From positions 14,570,001 to 14,634,000 of the forward strand of contig NC_043024.1 of the NCBI RefSeq assembly GCF_006345805.1: a stretch of DNA of 64,000 nucleotides, written 5' to 3'. Positions within the stretch are counted from its first letter, which is position 1. Each line of letters starts with the position of its first letter. The notes below the pieces were generated by a model that saw only the letters and a program-made list of their open reading frames with translations, was not told the DNA's origin and searched no databases. This DNA is from Octopus sinensis (lineage: Eukaryota). Below are positions 52,595 through 59,269 of this stretch, piece by piece. The translations under genes were made by a program, and so were the position numbers.

Positions 52595-55500
52595 ATATTT
52601 GTGTGTGTGTTTGTGTGTCTGTGTTATTCCCCCCAACATCACTTGACAACTGATGCCGGTGTGTTTGCATCCCTGTAACTTAGCAGTTCAGCAAAAGAGA
52701 CCGATAGAATAAGTACTAGGCTTACAAAGAATAAGTCCTGGGGTCAGTTTGCTCGACTAAAGGTGGTGCTCCAGCATGGCTGCAGTCAAATGACTGAAAC
52801 AAGTAAAAGAGAGTAAAGAGAGCCTAGCTGGGTTCACTTGTAGTAAAAGGATTACATATAGAGGTGAAACTATACTATTAGTCCTATATGAACTATTGTA
52901 TAAATAATCAATTTGAGAGAGAGAGAGGAAACGAAAGTTCTTCAGTAATGTAATAGATAACATGTATACCAGCAAGAAATATAGACATTGCTTTGAAGCT
53001 GCCAGTTGGACAGTTTGTCTTCTCTCACTCAACATGTTACCTGTAATGACTAATATCATTTAAACATTGAATAAGTCAGCAGTTAATTCATTCATTCATA
53101 ATATATTTACATAATATATTTAATATATTTACTGCCCAGTGGTTAGGGCAGTGGACTCGCGGTTTCGATTCCCAGACCGGGCGTTGTGAGTGTCTATTGA
53201 GCGAAAACACCTAAAGCTCCACGAGGCTCCGGCAGGGGATGGTGGTGATCCCTGCTGTACTCTTTCACCACAACTTTCTCTCACTCTTACTTCCTGTTTC
53301 TGTTGTACCTGTATTTCAAAGGGCCGGCCTTGTCACTCTCTGTGTCACGCTGAATATCCCCGAGAACTACGTTAAGGATACACGTGTCTGTGGAGTGCTC
53401 AGCCACTTACACGTTAATTTCACGAGCAGGCTGTTCCGTTGATTCGGATCAACTGGAACCCTCGTCGTCGTAACCGACGGAGTGCTTCCATGTCCATTTA
53501 CTGTTACATATAAATAGAGATTTTCTTAACTTGATTTTCTACAATTAATGAAATACTTACACTGTCGAGTTGGTAGATCCTAACTACGATATTTAGATTT
53601 TACTAACATGTTTATTTACAGATTGATGTTGCAATTCAGTTCTACATTTAAGAGATGAGGAATTATGTACATTATTTACATTCGAGGGATATTTGTCCTC
53701 ACCTTGTTTGTTGTTAACACAACGTTTCGGCTAATATACCCTCCAGCCTTCTTCAGGTGTCCTGGAGAAATTTCGAACCTGGGTTCTCATTCCTAAGGTA
53801 TTTTTCGATGTTATTATTATTATTATTATCATTATTGTTGTTGTTGTTGTTCAGGAATTGAACTCAGAATCTTGGGGTTAGTAGCCCATGCTCTTAACCA
53901 CTACGCTCATGGGCATATGGCGTAGTGGTTAAGAGTGTGAGCTACTAACCCCTAGATTCCGAGTTTGATTCCTGAACAATAATAATAATAACAAACATTG
54001 AAAAATACCTGAGGAATACCCAGGTTTGAAATTTCCCCAAGACACCTGAAGAAGGCTGGAGGGTATATCAGCTGAAATGTGTCAACAACAAACAAGATGA
54101 AGACAAATATCCATTGAATGTAAATAATGTAAACATTGATGTTGCAATTGTTACTTAACACAGAGGTGTTTATGCTGAATACCAGTCGCTAGTATAGGAG
54201 AAGGAATCTCTGGTGAGAGGAGAAAATGTGTTTGAGCTTGACAAGTGGACAATGTTATGTCTTCATCTTAGTGAGAGATCTTTTTACATGAGGTTACAGA
54301 AGCATAACTGCTAACTGGCCAGGAAAACCCTCTATGAATCAATCCCCTAACCCCTCTGCAGTCTTCTGTATTTTCCATGCACCTCAATCTATAAATATGA
54401 TTTGGTGCAAAACTGCATGGAATTTTGCATTAATCTTAGAATTATTTTTGAGACATTTATCAGCTTAAATGTTGTATACCAGGAAGTAAATGGACATTTA
54501 TTCTTTGATTACAGGTTTCACTGCTTCAAAAGGTTTTCAAACTGGTATGGAAATTTTAATATCAACAAATAAGATGTTTTTATATTCTGTCTATATGTAA
54601 TTGTTATAACTATTGAGTTGTCTGGAAAGTTTGTGCTGATTTTTAAAGGAAAGAAAACGGTCAATAAATACTTGCCATTACATTTTTAATCAACCAAATA
54701 TGAACCATTTTGTTGCACAATGCGTCTCCATCTTTCCTTTAACTTGAAAATACCCTCTTCCCAGAATTGAGGTGCTTTCATGGCAAAGAATTCATCAAGG
54801 TGTCTTTTTACATAATCCAAGGAATTGAAATTTTTACCATTAAGACTATTCTGCAGAGACCTGAATAAGTGGAAATCCGAAGGAGCAATATCTAGTGAAT
54901 ATGGAGGGTGGGGTAACACATCCCAGCCGAGCTGCAGCAATTTTTGTCTGGTTCCCAAAGCATCAAGTGCCGAAAATGAACTTTCTTGTCTTCCATTTTA
55001 AAGGGTTACAGAATTAACACAGCTTATAGGAATATAAACCTTCTTCCTCGAAAAGATAGCTTAAACTGTGCTCTAAATGGAGGTGTAGTCAAATCCTATT
55101 TTATGAACTGAGCCATGTTCTAAAATAAGTCAAAATGTAATCTACTATAAATTGGCACGAACTTTCTGGACAACCCAATATAATTTAAGTCTTCGTTTTT
55201 GGATCAGTTTTTGTATGAAACTATATAGCTGACATGATTTAACAAAAATTGAAGTTTAAAATGGAATATGTTGAGTATGAAATATGTTGAGTAATAGATT
55301 CCTAAAATACTGAATGAATGTGTGGTGGACAAAAGTAGCATCTTTAAAGACATGCTACATGCATTGTTATTTCAATTGAGCAGGAGTTCTTATGATTACA
55401 GTACAAAGGACAGCACGACCATGAGAGAAAACAATAATTTTTGTTTCGTTCATCTTTATGATGCACAGCTCTGATGGTTTGATTGACAAATCTTCAGAAA

Positions 55501-58500
55501 AATCTCTAAATAAATATGATATATTCTTTTCTAAATCACTGTTATTTATTTAATTAAGTCATACATATGACATATTGAAGAATAGTACTTGTTATTAACA
55601 CTCTTCAAAAACAACATATGATGCAAATAAATTGCCATTTTCTTGCAGGATCAACAATATCTGGAATATCTCTCACTCCATCAGGTAAGCAAAGTTCTAA
55701 TGTATGTATCTTGGATGATTTAACAAAAATTAAAGATCAAAATGGAAGAAACACAACACTTGTATGAAATATGTTGAGTAATAGATTCTTAAAATACTGA
55801 ATGAATGTGTGGTGGACAAAAGTAGTATCTTTGAAGACATGCTACATGCATTGTTATTTCAATTGAGCAGGAATTGTTATGATTACAGTACAAAGGACAG
55901 CACGACCATGAGAGAAAACAATAATTTTTGTTTCGTTCATCTTTATGATGCACAGTCCTAATGGTTTGGTCTGCAAATCTTTAAAAAATTTCTAAATAAA
56001 TATGGTATATTTTTTTTATTGAAAACATTAAAAATTTTTTATGAATACAAAATCATATACATTTGTAAGTGATTAATAAAAAGAAATGATTTTTTCCCAT
56101 TCATAGATTTCTAGTACACATATATTCAGATATTTAACAACAAAACAATTTCTGTTTTATTCATCTTTACAACACACAGTCTTAATGGTTTGGTCTGCAA
56201 ATCTTCAATAAAATTATTTCAATTATACAAGAATTCTTACACTTACAATGCAGAGGACATTGTGATTGTGAGAGTTTTAATCAAAGATACACATTGATCT
56301 ATTGTTGTATATGTGTTAGAGAGTCAGATATATAATGAAACAATATGAAATACATAATCTGATCAATAAGTATCCGGACTGTTGCCATAATAACGAAGCT
56401 GAAGCATGCAGAGTGAAACACCTTGGCACAAATTCACCTTGAACTCCGTTGTGCATGCACACTGTTTTAATGTTCTAGCTCACTTCTGCTGTTTACAGCA
56501 GTGCTTGGTAGGAAGGTGTGTAGCGTGTGATTGTTGCATTGACCATGACAGAGAAAGTTGAGCAGAGAATCTGCATCAAATTTTGCTAAAAGCTTGGTGG
56601 TACCTGCTCAGAGGCCTACACAAAGTTGCAGAAAGTATATGGAGAGGAGTGTATGAGCCGCACACAAGAATACAAATGTTTCGGACGTTTCCAAGATGGC
56701 TAAAAAAAATGTCATTAGTGATGAAGGTTCTGGGAGAACTGCAACCAGCAGAACTGAGAAAAACATCACAGATGTACATGCAGCTTTGAGGGGAAATCAT
56801 CGAATCATCATCCATGAGTTATCAGAGGGTGTGCGGATTAGTTACGGTTCAGTTCAGTCCATCATCACTGAAGATTTGGGTATGAGACGAGTATCTTCCA
56901 AGTTTGTGTCAAAAATGCTTTCAGCTGACCAAAAAGACACTCGGGTTTCAGTTGCACAAAATCTCCTTGATTGTGTCAAGAATGATGAAAAGCTTTTGAA
57001 AATTGTCATAACAGGTGATGAATCATGGGTGTATGATTATGACCCCGAAACAATGGCTTAGTCTTCGCAGTGGAAGGCGCCAACCTCTCAAAGACTGAAG
57101 AAAGCACAAATGAATCAAAGCAACATGAGGACACTGTTGACCGTTTTCTTCGACTACAAGGGGATTGTTCATCATGAGTATGCTCCACCTGGTTGGACTG
57201 TGAACAAGGAGTATTACTGTTACATTTTGCAGTGTTTGCAGGAAGCTATTCATCGGAAAAGGCCACAATTGCCTGCATCCAGTGAGTGACAATTGCACCA
57301 TAAAACACAGTTTCCCATTCAGCAAACTGCTTGTGCAGCAGTTTTTGCCTAGACACAGCAGTGCCCTGGTCCAACAGCCACTGCATTCCCCAAAATTCAC
57401 CCCGTGTGACTTTTTCCTCTTTCCAAAAATCAAATCCCACTTGAAAGGAAGAAGATTTCAGAACATCCTTGAAATCAAAGTGAATGTGAAGAGGCAGCTG
57501 CTGATTATCCCAGAAAATGAGTCCCAGGAATGCTTCTATCAATGGAAATAGTGCTAGATTAAGTGTGGGACTTCTGAGGGTGACTACTTTGAAGGAGTTT
57601 AAATGCCAAATTGGTATGCATTGTAGTTTTGTTTTTATAGCACCAGTCCAGATACTTATTGATCAGAACTCGTATATGTAGATTGTAATGTGTGAACTTA
57701 TATCCAAGTTTATCATTTACATTTTATTTAATGAAATCTTATATATATATATATAAAACTGAGAATATGTGTGTGTGTCTGTATGTTTGCATCACTAAAA
57801 CTTGAGAATTACCCAACCAAATTCATTCAAGTTTTACACATGTCTTCCTTAGAGTCCATGCAGTGTCATGAGCCAAAACAATTTTCAACTTCTTGCCTAA
57901 TGCGAGCGCAGAGCAATCTCTTATCTCTTATTTCAGTATTATGTGTCAAAAGTGAAACAATAACATCTCTATTGTAATGTGAGATAATACATTCAATTTT
58001 AATCAGCTTCACTATTAATACTTTCACTTTGTATATATATATATATATATATATTAGTTTCATTTCTATTACTTTCACTATGTGTGTGTCTATGTATATA
58101 TATGTGTGTATATATATATATATGTATGTATGTATATTTATGTATATGTATGTATGTATATTTATGTATATGTAAGTATTTATTTATATGCATATATATA
58201 TATATGTATGCATATATTTGTATATATATGTATGTATATATACATATTTATACATATAGTGAGAATTTACGAAAAAACAAAAGATGAAGACGGGTGTGTA
58301 AACAACAAACAGATATATTAATTTAATGCTCAGGAAGTAAGAAAGTCTTTTACATTTCAATCCTATGCATATATATATATATATAATTTTAGGGAGTATA
58401 ACTCCAAACCTACAGGGAAAAGTTTAATTTAGTATTAAATCAAATTTCACAGTATAAATATATAAAATATAAATTAGAGATAAAACCACAATTAGGCAAC

Positions 58501-58778
58501 TCAAACATAAACCAAAACATAAATAACAAATAATATTTTTATAAAACATATAACTAGATCTCAAAAAGTATGAAAATGAATGATCAATATATAATGGGTA
58601 AAAAAACTACGTACGTTTCATGGTTACAATTAAATTAGAATTAGAATTAAGTTTAAATTCAATTGAAATGAATTTGATTTAAAATTATAGTCAATCTTCA
58701 GGTTAACAATAATAGTTAAATAAATAAACAAATAGAGTTAAACAATATTTATTTAAAAAATAAATAAAATAATAATTT

Positions 58779-58810
<32 letters not shown>

Positions 58811-59201
58811 CAGATAAATTAAATATAGGGATATTCAACTGACAGTCCAATAATTTATTTACATTACAATATTACATTAAATGCTATGAATATAATATAT
58901 AACATAATATTATGTAACATAAATAATTATAAAAACCATTAAAGGCCAACAAATTGTTTCGACTTATTCATATTTTTTCTGATATACATAATCACAGTTC
59001 CATTATATATAAAGTAACTTCAGGGTTTTGCTTTAGAAAATTTTCTAAAGCCAAGACTCTGAAGTGACTTTATATCTAATGGCCTAAAATGTAACATGTT
59101 GATAGAGAATCCTGAAAAATTATTTTTGAAAAACTCTCATTGGAAAGATGTGTTCTTTCATTGTACAATGCTTCCATTGTCTAATGAGGAAATGCTAAAG
59201 T

Positions 59202-59269
<68 letters not shown>

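Noticed and set aside
58007-58030. 24-nt AG/GT segment (ASLLILSL)
   Set aside because: Lies in Helitron-associated AT-rich sequence, weak T|GTATAT donor from a TA tract, no paralog, composition unlike the exon families.
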